Assembly (NCBI GenBank): GCA_951406725.2
Contig: OX597815.1
Location: 33,604,001 to 33,668,000 of the forward strand
Direction: 5' to 3'
DNA from: Octopus vulgaris
Lineage: Eukaryota
Length of the DNA: 64,000 nucleotides
In this document: positions 41,499-54,052 of the stretch, piece by piece
Position numbering within the stretch: position 1 is the stretch's first letter
How the letters are laid out: each line of letters starts with the position of its first letter
Program-made: the position numbers and the translations under genes
The notes under the pieces: generated by a model
The model's input: the letters and a program-made list of their open reading frames with translations, nothing else
What the model was told of the DNA's origin: nothing
The model's database searches: none

Positions 41499-41697
41499 AT
41501 AACCCTTTTGATATCCTTGGCTCTGTGAATCACTGTTTTTAGGTGATCTAAATTAAAACTTTCTACCAAAATTTCATATCAATTTATGTTCTAAGCACCA
41601 GTTTATTAATAACAGTTATTTTACTGAAATTCTGTTACTTTCAAAATTAATTGCAACAAAGAGTATTTCAATAGAAACATCACAACAAAAGAGTTAA
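41499..41697. mobile_element. piggyBac-type MITE (degenerate)
   Basis: ATAA-CCCTTTTG ... CAAAAGAG-TTAA termini, i.e. TTAA/CCC...GGG-like. Confidence 0.5.
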
Positions 41698-44600
41698 ACT
41701 TTATAGTCACCTGTTTTCTGCATGCTTTCTTCAGTTTGTTTTAAATCTAGTATATAGATGTAGAAGATTATCCTATACCATTGTCATGTTTTTGTATGGC
41801 TACACCTCTATATTTTCCATATTGGTCAGTTAAACCTTACTAATAGCTTGCTGTTTCAGGCACCATGAAATTTCTATTTCTGTTCCTTGTTCCGTATGAG
41901 CATTTGCTGGTGTTATTTGAGTGTTGGTTATTCTTATTACTGCAAAAAATCCACGAAACATTTAATGGTACTACTTAAACTAATGCTTACAAATATTGTT
42001 TCTGGATATATTTCATTTGGCAAAATATAAAAAATAAGTTATGAAATTGTTACTTCATGTAATATCTTCTAATTAGTTACAGCTGTTGTATTGAGTTACA
42101 GTTGTTGGAATAGTTTTCAAGTGCTTGAGAGGGAAGTGTTAGATTATAAATTATGTAGATGTTAAGGGTCATATTGAAGCTAGCTCAGTGTCTGCTCTTA
42201 AAAGGCTTTCCTTCAAAAAATATTCCATAGAAAAATTAGTACTACAAAATCAGTTCAGCAATTTTATGTTAACATATGGCTTTTAACTGTTATCAAATAT
42301 CAAATGATTGGTATGGATACAGCTTGTTGATATTAGAAAATTTGTTTGTACAATTATAGATACCAAGATACTATGTCTATTAGTTATTCTGATCATTGCA
42401 TTTGGTTATTATTTTCCTTTAGAAATCATTATCAAAAATACAAAAATGTTGTTGAAGGCAAAAATGGACAAGTTCAGGTTACAAGGTAAACTGTAACAAA
42501 ATGTCACATCATGGTCATAACAGTCATGGAATCAATTTCTAAAGAATTGTTTTGATTTAATTCACTTCATTTTACACTCTTTCAATTTTTCATCTACCCT
42601 ATGATTTTATAAATTTAGTGATGTTGTAAACCTCAAACTGGCCAAAAGGACTAACTGAAATAAAGTGGCCTATCTCATTTGTCTTAACATTGCAATAACA
42701 GAAAGTAGGTCATTGGCAAATCTAGTTTTCAGAATGGAAATGAGAGAGCCTCAAAGATGATTACAAAGGATTGTTTCAATCATTTGAAATATATTAAATT
42801 TGAAAGAGAATGATAAAGCATAGCTTAATGAGTTTAGATAGATTTCACACTTACTAAACTGTGTAGGTCCTTGCAGATTGAAGAAATCTATATAATTGAT
42901 GTAAGGAAAATATTGGCAGAAAAGTTATTTCAGAGGGATTCAGTTGTATGCAGGAGCTACAAGATGGAGAATGTTTGCAAGCTTTGGAGATAAGGAAGTA
43001 GGGATGATGAGAAGAGACAAATGCTTTGAGTTGGTTATTGTGAAGTAGGTATGCAGTTTATTAGTACAGAGGAACTTGAAGAAATGGGAGGAAGAGTAGA
43101 GAAAAGAAATAGCATGTTGGCAAATGAATCTTTGCAAATTAGCCAAATGAAGTTTGGAATATGTTAACAGGGCACAATTTTGTAGAAAGTCAGTTAATGT
43201 GTGTGTGTGTGTATTTCTGTAAAAAAAGGAACCTAATCTTTGAGGTGCAGATTTGGCATTGTTATGTGAGGTCATCACGAAAAATCATCAGCTAGTGAGA
43301 CTTAATAAATACATGTAGCAACTTTCAGAGCTTCTGGTTTGTGTTCAGGGAGGTGTAGTGCAAGACTGTTTCCTTGATATTTATAGAAATTGCTTGTATG
43401 TTGTTGAAGAGATTAGGGGTCATATTTCCATTGGAGGATATGTTTGAGCTCTCTATTTGTGGAAGCAGTGCATGCATGAAGTGAGATATCTACATTATGT
43501 GATGATATAAGGAACCATAAGGAGAAATATTTACAGAGGAAAGTCTTGGAGTTATAGATAATAGCAAGTAGGTAAGTAATGCATAGAATGAAGAGTGGGT
43601 GGTGCCTTGAATCATGAAGTGTATCAGTGTTGATGGAAGGGAGGACCATCAGTGCTCATTAAATTTGAGTGGTTTGACAGGAAACTTTTGATTTCAGAAA
43701 AGTATCAAACCCATGAGGTTAGGAGCAGAAGGAACACACACTTAACTATAAAGGTTCTCATACTAGACATGATCTTTAAAAACTTTACTGATGTTAAGGA
43801 CACCAACAATGCTTTTGCCAAAGTTTTCAATGCTGAGAAAATGTGACGTCTTTGGTATATATAACATTTAGTAAAAATTAAATAAAAACTAGAAAACTGT
43901 ATGGTCCCAAAATGTCCAGTATTCTAGTATATGTTTTAATTCTTTGCAAATAACATTGTAACTTCTTGTAAAAACTGAGTGTCTATCATATTGATTACTC
44001 AAAGGATTTATTACTTATAGTTTCTAATAATAAACTTATTCTTCCATAATTAGTGCAAAAATTTTAATAGTGTACCTAACAATTATTTACAAATAAATCT
44101 GTGGACTATTTATAACATGAAAAATATTGGATCTGGAGTTGTTCTGATAATTCAAGATATGAACCTCCTACTCACTATATGTTATGAATAACTATGTTTT
44201 GTGTGTAGCAGTCCCTCTGCAATAGAACTTAGCTGCTGATTACTGCAACACTACTAATATTGATTTACCTGTCCAGTTGTCCATCAACTTTACAAAACTG
44301 GAATAACAAACTGAAAAGTGCAGAAACATTTGAGCATCTTTCACTAATGCTATTCAGTATGTTTAGTGAGATGAATGACATACACTAGTTGAGAGTGGAA
44401 AGCATTTTACCTTCTGTCAGAAATATGTGGATTACTTAAAGGTATTATAAATTTACAAAAACTTCTGAAATACTACCTTCATGCACCGGCCTCTACATAT
44501 CCTTGTATATGAATGTTGCATCAGGTTAGTGTTTCCATTTACTTATTTATCATTCGTTGTTTGTCTCAAGGGATAACTATTAAAACTATAAATAATCTAT

Positions 44601-46194
44601 ATTGTTTTCTTCCCTCATTAATAAATGAATTTATATTTGAGAATTACCTTTATTATTTACTTCAATCGCTAATATTCCCAGCTATTCACTTTGATTTCTA
44701 AACACTGCTAAATAGTTGGCATTAAGACAGATACTATAAACAACCTGTTATAAAGAGCCAACTGATAGCTGAAGTATTAGTATTTAGTAGTAAATATTGA
44801 AGTTAAATATATTAATGAGAATTGTAATTTACACAATTTGTAGTTTGATATCTTTCTAATATATTTCCTTGGGAATTTATAGAAACTTTTATTGCACAAA
44901 AAACAATATCACAGGTACTAAGCTATAGATATTAGTGTTATATATATTTATATTTTTAAATACAAAGGCTAAGATTATGAGAGTAAAAGAGGCATTTTTT
45001 CATTACTTATATGCATGTACAAAGGGCATTTGTAAGAATTGAAAAAGTTTACTGATTATGTGTCATAACTCTACTTTACACACAAATGGCATAATAAAAG
45101 CAATATATATATACACACACACATACATGTGTGTTCCACCCACACTTAACAAGAAAACTTTTTACACACCTTATCCCAACAAACCAATATTTCTTCTTCA
45201 CATTTCCTCCTGTCATTCATTATGCCTAGCTCTCACTCCCCAATCCTGTCCTCACAGCCCTGTTCCTCTGTATTATTGTTATCCAGTACCTCCTCCCCAC
45301 TCTATATATACCCAGGTTTTTGCCACCTCCTCCTCTGCACTCTTTAAACATTCTTCCTTCGCAGTATCCTACCACTTATGATACGGCGTTCAAACCTCAA
45401 GGGTATGCCCAAGCACTTGCCACCATCTATATCTCTCTCCTCCTTTACTCAACCATCCCATTTATATTCTGATCCCTATCCCTTGTGAGTATGCCCGGCA
45501 CTTAGCCATCATCTCTATCTTGCTGTCTCCTACTCTCTGTCTCTCCTTCTCCTGCACTTTCCTCACGTTGCACCTGTTTCTGTCTTCATTCCTGGTCTCT
45601 CTCTAACCCTCTCTCTCTCACCTTGTACCTCTGCTATGGCAAGATACTATGGCCTACTTGTTACCAACTCTCATGTTTCCAAACAAGATAATATCACCCA
45701 GGTGTGTGTTCAAGGAAAACATGCCTGGCAATGCTTATTTACAGTTTGTGCACAATTCCAGCATAAAGAACAAACATGCACATACATCTGCACACACATG
45801 ATGAACTTCTTTCAGGTTCCATATGTCAAATCCACTCAAAAGTCTTTGGTTGGCCCAAGGCTATTTTAGAAGACATTTGCCCAGGGTGGGACTGGAATTA
45901 AAACAACATGTTTGCAACAATACATACATATTTACACACACACACACACTCATTTTATTAGTGGTATTTCAAATGTTGCTGTGTAACTCTCAGTTCATCT
46001 CTGATAAAGCAACCATAGGTTATCCAGGTAGCTACCTGAACATCTTGGTGCTGTGTCACATTGGCAATGGATCTGTCAAATCTCGCTCATAGTTTTGAAA
46101 TCTACTCGGAATTGGAAGATGGTTGTATAAATTAACTGTATTGATGTTTATGATTTCTCTTGACTAGAATTTTACATGGTTCTCTCTCTGTCTC

Positions 46195-46970
46195 TCTATA
46201 TAGTTACTGTTATCTAGGTGACCAAGTTAGTAGCGGTGGTGGATGCTCTGAGAGCGTAGCTGTGAGAATAAGATTAGGTTGGGCAAAGTTCAGAGAGCTC
46301 CTACCTCTGTTGACAACAAAGGGCCTATCCCTCAGAGTGAAAGGCAGATTGTATGATGCCTGTGTGTGAACAGCTATGGTGCATGACAATGAAACACAGG
46401 CTGTGACAGCTGAGGACATGCTTAGGCTTGAAAGAAATGAAGCCAGTGTGGTTTGCTGGATGTGCAGTGTCAGTATGCATGTTCGACAGAGTGTAAGCAC
46501 CTTGAGAGAAAAATTAGGCATAAGAGGCATCTGATGTGGTGTGCAAGAGAGACAACTGCACTGGTATGGTCATGTGATACATATGGACAAAGACTGCTGT
46601 GTAAAGAAGTCCTGATCTCTAACTGTGGTGGGAACTGAGGTAGTGGTAGACCCAGGGAGATATGGGATGAGGTGGTGAAGCATGATCTTTGTACTTTTAG
46701 CCTCACAGAGGCAATGACTGAGACCTTTGGCATTATGTCGTGCTTGAGAAGAAGACCCATCAAGCTGCGCAAAATCGCAATCATGGCAGATACCGGTGTC
46801 ACGCAAATGGCACTCATGCCAGTGGCACATTTTACATCCATTACACACTCAGAGTAGTTGGTGTTAGGAAAGACATCCAACCATAGAAACCATGCCAAAT
46901 CGGGCTGAAGTCTGGTGCAGCCTTCCAGCTTGCCAGCCCGCATGGACAGCGGATGTTAAATGATGATGAT
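46195..46970 (+). mobile_element. 5'-truncated RTE LINE (RT C-terminus and 3' UTR)
   Basis: SYCYLGDQVSSGGGCSESVAVRIRLGWAKFRELLPLLTTKGLSLRVKGRLYDACV, followed by the (GAT)n tail. Confidence 0.9.
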
Positions 46971-47001
46971 ATGCGTGCATGTTTATATATACATATATAT
47001 A

Positions 47002-47407
47002 TACTCTTTTACTTGTTTCAGTCATTTCACTGCAGCCATGCTGGAGCACCGCCTTTAATCGAGCAACTCGACCCCAGGACTTATTCTTTTTGTAAGCCCA
47101 GTACTTATTCTATCGGTCTCTTTTGCCGAACCGCTAAGTAACGGGGACATAAACACACCAGCATCGGTTGTCAAGCAATGCTAGGGGGACAAACACACTC
47201 ACACAAACACACACACGCATATATATATATACATACATATATACAACGGGCTTCTTTCAGTTTCCGTCTACCAAATCCACTCACAAGGCTTTGGTCGGCC
47301 CAAGGCTATAGTAGAAGACACTTGCCCAAGGTACCACGCAGTGGGACTGAACCCGGAACCATGTGGTTGGTAAACAAGCTACTTACCACACAGCCACTCC
47401 TGTGCCT
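47002..47407 (-). mobile_element. full-length young tRNA-derived SINE with internal (TA/TG) microsatellite
   Basis: Minus strand head AGGCACAGGAGTGGCTGTGTGGTAAG (A box)...CCGGGTTCAGTCCC (B box), with CpGs retained. Degenerate relatives at about 11130, 25440, 36890, 45800, 49230, 52715 and 61525. Confidence 0.88.
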
Positions 47408-47513
47408 ATATATGTGTGTGTGTGTATAAAGTATAACAAACTAAGAAAAGGAACTCCTTCAAAGGTGTGTGTAAAACATCCAATTCACTGGTACATCAGT
47501 TGGATACCGCACA

Positions 47514-47902
47514 AATTAAATAGAGATTCAATTGACAATTTAATAATTTATTTATATTATAACATAATATACTATGAATATAATGTAATACAAGATAATA
47601 TAAAAAACAAAAGAACCAACAATTTCTTTTGACTTATATACATTATTTGATTTATAACAATTCAATTCACTTATATAAGTCTCATCAGAGCTTTGGTTTA
47701 AAGACAGATTAAATTCTGTATGAAAGGATGCTGGATTGTAACAAAAATTTTACAATCCAGCATTGTTTCACGAATTGAATAATGTATATAAGTTGAAACT
47801 GATTGTTGGTTCTTTTGGTTCTTTAATGATTTTTTTAATGCTATCTTATATTTATATTCATATAAATAAATTATTGGATTGTCAGTTGAATCTCTATTTA
47901 AT
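47514..47902. mobile_element. inverted-repeat element with degenerate hammerhead (Penelope-like)
   Basis: Arm AATTAAATAGAGATTCAATTGACAAT... pairs with ...ATTGTCAGTTGAATCTCTATTTAATT. Minus strand CTGATGA-G-ACTTATATAAGT-GAAT at 47688-47665. Confidence 0.6.
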
Positions 47903-47993
47903 TCATTGTTTATATATATATATGTATATGAATTAACAGAATGAGATAAAAATCCAAGGCTGTGAAAGATTTCAGAACATTTATAAAGAGAAA

Positions 47994-48041
47994 GTTTTAC
48001 AGCTGTTTCAGGGATATTTTATATATCCCTTCATCAGAGAC
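47994..48041 (-). ncRNA. minimal hammerhead ribozyme motif (Penelope pLTR-type)
   Basis: Minus strand reads GTCT-CTGATGA-AGGGATAT(ATAAA)ATATCCCT-GAAAC-AGCT-GTA-AAAC. 8-bp stem II, palindromic stem III, GUA triplet, one stem I mismatch. Confidence 0.78.
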
Positions 48042-48516
48042 GGTGTGAGAAAATGGTTAAGCAATAGTTATTCCTAGATAAGATATTAAATAGAGAGTGA
48101 AGTGGAGGAATGAAAACAGACGTAAGATATGCAGGGATATTGTATCTGCAGTTCCATTATTTAGGCAGAATGGTATACATATAAAATTGCTGTACCTTGT
48201 GTGTAAGTTCCAATAGTGTTTAAAATTGATCATTCCAAGCATAGAGTTTGTAAACGGTGTTATTGAATCGAGGGTTTGTGTGATGGCACTTATCAAACTA
48301 GTTACGAATTGAAGAATTGTGGATTTATATAACCGGTGATAATAGTATTTCTTTGGAGAGTTCTAGAAAATTTTTAAAAAAACAATTACGGTCTTGTGGA
48401 TAATTTATATGTGTATGTATATATATATATATATATATAGTTGAAATTTATAGAAAAACAAAAGACAAAGAACAATAAGCAAGTGTATTAGTTTGACACT
48501 CGGGAAAATGAAAAGG

Positions 48517-48554
48517 TTTTTTATGTTTCAAGCCTATGCTCTTCAACAGAAAGG
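48517..48554 (-). ncRNA. degenerate hammerhead motif (CUGUUGA variant)
   Basis: Minus strand reads CTTT-CTGTTGA-A-GAGC(ATAG)GCTT-GAAAC-ATA-AAAA. Confidence 0.55.
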
Positions 48555-49786
48555 AATAAGAGAAAATAAACAGAGAGAGAGATTGAAAAAGAATGAAAAG
48601 AACTTGTAGATTTCAGCAGTCCACATACACACACATAGTTTGTGTTGCATTAAGAAGTGGTGTATGGTGTCAGAATTTTCAATTTTAGTTAAATATAACA
48701 AGAAATAAAAACAACAGTTGCTTTTATATAATTTTCTACATTAACACACATTTACATGTACATAAACACAAAAACACATACACCTATTATTTTTTTTTAG
48801 AGGGTTCCAGTAAGAAATCATGTTCTTTTTTTTCCCCTCTTTTACCTCTTGATCACTGTTGTTTAGCCTTGATTGAGGAAGGCTGTGAACAAAGAGATCT
48901 GGAATTTCAGTATCCAATATGTGTTCCTATGATGATGGGTATGATTTCTAGCAGATCAAGCAGTCTTATTGAGACTCATTCATTGGCTAATTTAACTATT
49001 AGCATTTTGCTCATGTTCTTATGACAGTGTTTGTATTTGTGTGTATCTGCAATTGTGTATCTATAAAATTTGATATTTATCAGCACCCATTTCTTGTCAA
49101 GCTAAATCCACAAGTCATATTATATTTAGGACTGTATATTCTTATTTCAGTAATCTAGTTCCTTTCTCTTTTACTGAAGTATACAAGCATTTCAAAGGTA
49201 AAAACGGTGTTAGAATACCTTGTGTTTGTGAATACTTTGTTTCAGTCTTTGGCTTGTAGCTATGCTGATAAACTACCTTGAAAGGCAGTATTACAGCATG
49301 TTTTTAGTTGATCATAACAATTCCATTACCTACATTTTTAAGTTTGGAATTTATTAGTTACTATTTGCAGGACTGATACACTACAGGTCTTAAACACTGA
49401 GTATCGTTCTCCAAATGATGTTGAAGTAAAGACAGACTTGATGATAAATAAGTAGACACACATCTGTATGACAGATCTCTCCACAGTTTCTGTCTATCAA
49501 TTTCATTCACAAGGAAGGCATTGGTCAGGCCACAACTATAGGAGAAAGCACTTGTCCAAGATTCCAAAGAGCTAAACAACAACAACAACAAGCACCACTA
49601 CAAGGAAAAGATATCTTAACATATTTAATAAAGCTGATTCTTATTTTTATAGACTTCAGCACAAAAGAAGACTGCTTAGTTTGTATTATCAGCATAGATT
49701 GAACCAGTGTGTCAGCCCTTAAATCTATTATTGTTATATTTTTTATTATCCAGTTCTTATTTTCTTATTGCTTCTCATTCATACAG

Positions 49787-49933
49787 CTCAGCATTACTCC
49801 CAACCACCAGATGTGACAAGCAATGCCTCCAAAAGTATGCGTGGGGCCGACAGAGTTAACCGTTATGGTCAAGCACATGCATCTTCGATCAGAGTTGGAT
49901 CTACTCAACTTTCCACTTTTGAAGAAGAGCCAG
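49787..49933 (+). CDS. DIP2: DIP2 homolog internal exon (147 nt, phase 1/1)
   Basis: Pyrimidine tract then ATACAG acceptor, CAG|GTGAGT donor. Reads (S)QHYSQPPDVTSNASKSMRGADRVNRYG...STFEEEP. The PPDVT motif is shared with DIP2 proteins. Confidence 0.9.
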
Positions 49934-50879
49934 GTGAGTTTCTTTGAGAATATTTCCATTGTTATGTTCATCTTGCTCTTTTCCTCTTTCTGTCTCTCTC
50001 TAGAATTTTGTATCTTTCACAATATAAAATATACTTTCTGTGCTGTTTGAAACTCTCCAGTTTTATATTTTAAGTTGAAAATTGTTCATGTTGTATTTGT
50101 GCCTTCCTAAACAATATTTATCAATTACTATTAATTTTTTCCTGCTTTGATATGGCTTGATTTGTATGGCAATGTTTGCACATGAGAGAACAGTCTACTT
50201 TCATACCATTCTTCTTACGTAGAATCTGCAATCTTTTCCCTCTCATTAGTTGTAAATTAGAGGAGTTACAAAATGTATTTTATTAAATTCTTACTACTAA
50301 AACAGTGTCAAAAGTTTATCTAAGATATTTGCTTTGAAAGTAGCTGGCATATTATTTACTAATTTTGTTACTTCTTCCCTTCAAAAACTTATTTCAATGT
50401 TTCAGTTGTTGTTGTCTAGTGAAACTTATTTCAGTTTAATTTTTCTAAATTTCATTAACTATGACAGATATTTTATTATTTCGTAAAGAAATATACATAA
50501 GATTATAATTTAATCTAGAATTTGGCCACTTTGCATATTCCGTGTAACCAAGAAGACTTACTTGTGCAACTTTTATTGCAATAGAATTCATACATTTCTT
50601 AAATCTTATATTAACATGAATCACTGTTTCTCAGTTTATGTAAAAATAAAATTCCTCATTTTATTAGCTTTAAATTTTAAAGTTCTAAAGTGGTTTTCAT
50701 ATTGAACCATATTTGATCTTCATTTGCAATGGCAATCTAGTTGGTTTCTCAATTTTAAACTAGGCTTTATGTAGGCTAGCAAATAATTACTATCATCATA
50801 TTTTCTCAGATACTTGTTTTGTAGTTTATTCAGTTTAGCTAGTGACTTAAATGGCTTTGAACTACTTCTTAGCATACAT

Positions 50880-51212
50880 AATTCACATTTGACAGATATT
50901 TGTCCTCATCTTGTTTGTTGTTAACACAGCATTTTGGCTGATATAATCCTCCAGCCTTCATCAGATGTCTTGGGGAAATTTCGAACCTAGGTTCTCATTC
51001 CTATGGTATCTTTCGATGTTGTTGTTGTTATTATAATTATTATTATTATTATTATTATTATTACTACTACTATTCAGGTCACTGCCTGGAATCAAACTTG
51101 GAATCTTGGGGTTAGTAGCCCACGCTCTTAACCACTACACCATATGCCCGTGGGTATATGGCGTAGTGACCTGAACAATAATAATAACAACAATAATAAT
51201 AATAATAACAAC
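50880..51212 (-). mobile_element. hammerhead-bearing element copy 3 with complete tRNA-like head
   Basis: Minus strand 51149-51081 is tRNA-like (A box TGGTGTAGTGG, B-box-like AAGTTTGATTCC), followed by (AAT)n and the hammerhead tail. Head-to-head palindrome at 51133-51168. Confidence 0.85.
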
Positions 51213-51308
51213 ATGTTTTTCTGATTAAAGGAGTTATGATGAGATTATGGAAATGGCTTCTTGAGGAAGTTCCTGTCACATCTTGATACATGCCAAGATG
51301 GTATAGAG

Positions 51309-51768
51309 CAGTGGTTCTTAACCTAACTAGCAGGACTCTCTTGGGGATGATGTGGCCTCTCAAGGTGGATGTCAAATGTTATGGAGACACTATAGACCAG
51401 GATTTTACTTAGGAATAAAATATTATTGGGGAGTTAAAATATGAATTGGACATTGTGTTATCCATGAGCAGAACCATGACAGAAGATGAGCCATGGCTCA
51501 GTACATTTTTGTTATACAAGTCTTTATATCCTTTAGTAATTTCCATAAATATTTCTGTGGGTTGGTGGTACCCACAAAAACATCTTTAAAAAAATGTCAA
51601 ATGCCAGATTGATGGCGTAAGAAAATATGGGTAATAAACCACTAAACAAAACTAGCTTCTGTTTGAGTAATCTGCTTTTTTTTTCTTCCAAAACATATGG
51701 GAAAGCTGTTTGTAAAATGCCATTTGGGAAGGTGTTAGGATTGAGCTACAACAGGTTGGGAACCACTA
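51309..51768. mobile_element. hAT (Charlie/Buster-type) MITE
   Basis: TIRs CAGTGGTTCTTAACCT / AGGTTGGGAACCACTA (13/16). Perfect 8-bp TSD GTATAGAG at 51301-51308 and 51769-51776. Confidence 0.88.
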
Positions 51769-52039
51769 GTATAGAGTATAAGTTTGTTGTGTTTAACATA
51801 TAAACTTTAATGGTTATAGTTTGAATAATTTCTAGTATGGTGGGCTGGTAGAACTGTGAGATCATTACACAGAATGCTTTGTAGTATTTAGTTATGGCTC
51901 TTTACATTCTGAGTTCAAATCCTGTCAAGGTTAACTTTGCCTTTTATCCCTCTGGAGTCAATAAAATAAAGTACTGTGATTGTTGATGTCAACTTACTCA
52001 CTTCCTTCAAAATTATTTGCCTTATGCCTATACTCTCTT

Positions 52040-52700
52040 CTTAATAAGGTAATTACAAGAAAAGTATTTAGCCAAATGTAAATTGTTGTACTTGACCTGA
52101 AGACAGCCTTCAACAAAGTCTCTTGCTCCCTGATCTAGTGGTTACTATGGAAGCTAGGAGTAAATGAATGATTAGTGAGCTAACAAAGAGTACACTGATG
52201 AATTTAGTATGCAGGTGGTAGTTCACCAAGTCTCAGCTCTCAGTCCTTTCCTAGTCATCATTGTAATTCCTGAGGAGTTCAAAGCCCATTGTCTGTGGAA
52301 ACTCTGCTGAATCTATCGTAGAATTAGAGAAAGACTTCCAAGTGTCGAAGCATAACCTGATATCAAAGGGCTTTAAAGTACTAGTAGGAAAGAAACCAAG
52401 CAGTATGCTAATCCTTTAAGGAAAATGCCTCTGTTTAATATGTAGAAAAGGTGTAGGTAGTTATTCTGTACTGTGTATCCAATGCAAACTATAGACATAT
52501 GAGGTGCTGTAAATCAGTGGAAGATTAACAGAGAATGTAGATTTTGTTTGTGGCAAATGCACAGGAGCACTAAACTCTAACAACACATGGGAAATAGATT
52601 ATCTTGAATGCTCAAGAGTTCCCTTGAGGTAGTAGATAATTTCTATTATTTAGGTGACCTAATTAGCAGTAGAGGAGGATGTTCTGAAAGTATAGTTGCA
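52040..52700 (+). mobile_element. degenerate RTE LINE RT fragment
   Basis: GACCTGAAGACAGCCTTCAAC (DLEKAF-like), GTTCACCAAG and LEVVDNFYYLGDLISSRGGCSESI. Confidence 0.75.
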
Positions 52701-54034
52701 CACACACACACACTTTTATATGACAGGTTTCTTTTCAGTTTCCGTATATCAAATCCACTCTCAAGGCTTTGGTTGGCTCAAGGCTATTGAAGAAAGTCAT
52801 TTAACCCAAGGTGTTATGTAGTGGGACTAAAACCAAGAACCCATTCTCAACCATACAACCACACTTGCACTTATTATATGGATGTAAATGATAATGTTGG
52901 GAAAATACCTTGCATTTCTGTGTTCTGAGTTCAAATCCTACTTTGCCTTTCATCTCACCAGGATTGATAAAATAATATACCAGTTTAGTACTCGGGTTAA
53001 TGTTATCAATTAAATCCCTCGCCCTTCAAAATTGCAGCCTTATACTTAAATTAGAAATCATTATTATTATTGTTATTTACATGTGCTACATTCTTATCCA
53101 AGTGACATCTGTTAATTCTTCTCCGCAGTTTTATCTAACTACAGTTAGGCCCCAAAGAATAAAAACAGTTGATTTGTTTTTTGATTAAAATTTAAAAAAA
53201 TTTTTTTATTAGTGGAATAAAAAGAAGTCATCACAAAAAAGAGGTGTTAACTTATAAAATTTATCTAATGAAAGACCTTGTGTCTAGTCTGAAAAATATT
53301 CAACATCTTCAACTTTCACTTGTTCTACTTTCGTTTGATTCTTTGCTTTTGAAAGATGAAACATTTGTGTGTCTGTTTGATATGGTATTAGCTGCTTGAC
53401 TTAGGATCATTACTAATTCCACATCTTTGAAAAAGTACATTTTGAAATTTAGAGCTTGTATATTTTGTATTTTAAGATATGACCTTTAAGTGCATGCAGG
53501 CATGCTTGCTTGAATGAAATTTGTGACAAAAATACTGGCAACATAAAACAATGTTGTGAGGTTAAAACTGCAAGTTAGTGAGAATATTTCTTAGAGTGGA
53601 GATATCAATACAAACTCAGTTGGATGTCTTCAGTTTGACAGTACTTTGTACTCCTTGTCTTTAACACAAACTAAATATATTTTCATATAGAAATAGCACC
53701 ATCCTATAATTCTGATTAAAAAGAGAAAATTAATTGCCCAAAATATAGTGCAGGTAGATAAAATATAATAATGACTGAAAAATAGTTTTAAAATGGATTT
53801 TCACTGCTAATGTTTGACATTACATAGTGCTTCTTTCTGGTCTTTTCTTACTAGATTTTGAAGATGATTTCTTTCTCCTAATTTTTAGTGTAATCACTAA
53901 ATATTGTTATTCATTGTAATTGTCAACTCATGCTTTAATAGAATTTTTTGTGTATCTAGAATTATTATAATTTTTTTCTCCGATTCTCTAATTTTTTTAC
54001 TTTTCATTTGCATCCTATTTTATTTAGTGGTTAG

Positions 54035-54052
54035 TGATGAGGGTCTTTGAAG
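54035..54052 (+). CDS. candidate 18-nt DIP2 microexon
   Basis: Long U-rich tract with TGC, TTAG acceptor and AAG|GTAATT donor. Open in phase 1 (VMRVFE). No transcript evidence. Confidence 0.3.

Noticed and set aside
42900-43800. Purine-rich block possibly from a decayed Penelope RT; similar ambiguous blocks at 20030-20520, 45330-45700 and 62350-63200
   Set aside because: Too degenerate to assign from sequence alone.
51081-51149. tRNA gene
   Set aside because: The acceptor and T stems do not close. It is the head of a repeat element.
53855-53889. Acceptor followed by DFEDDF-coding sequence
   Set aside because: No good frame-preserving donor.
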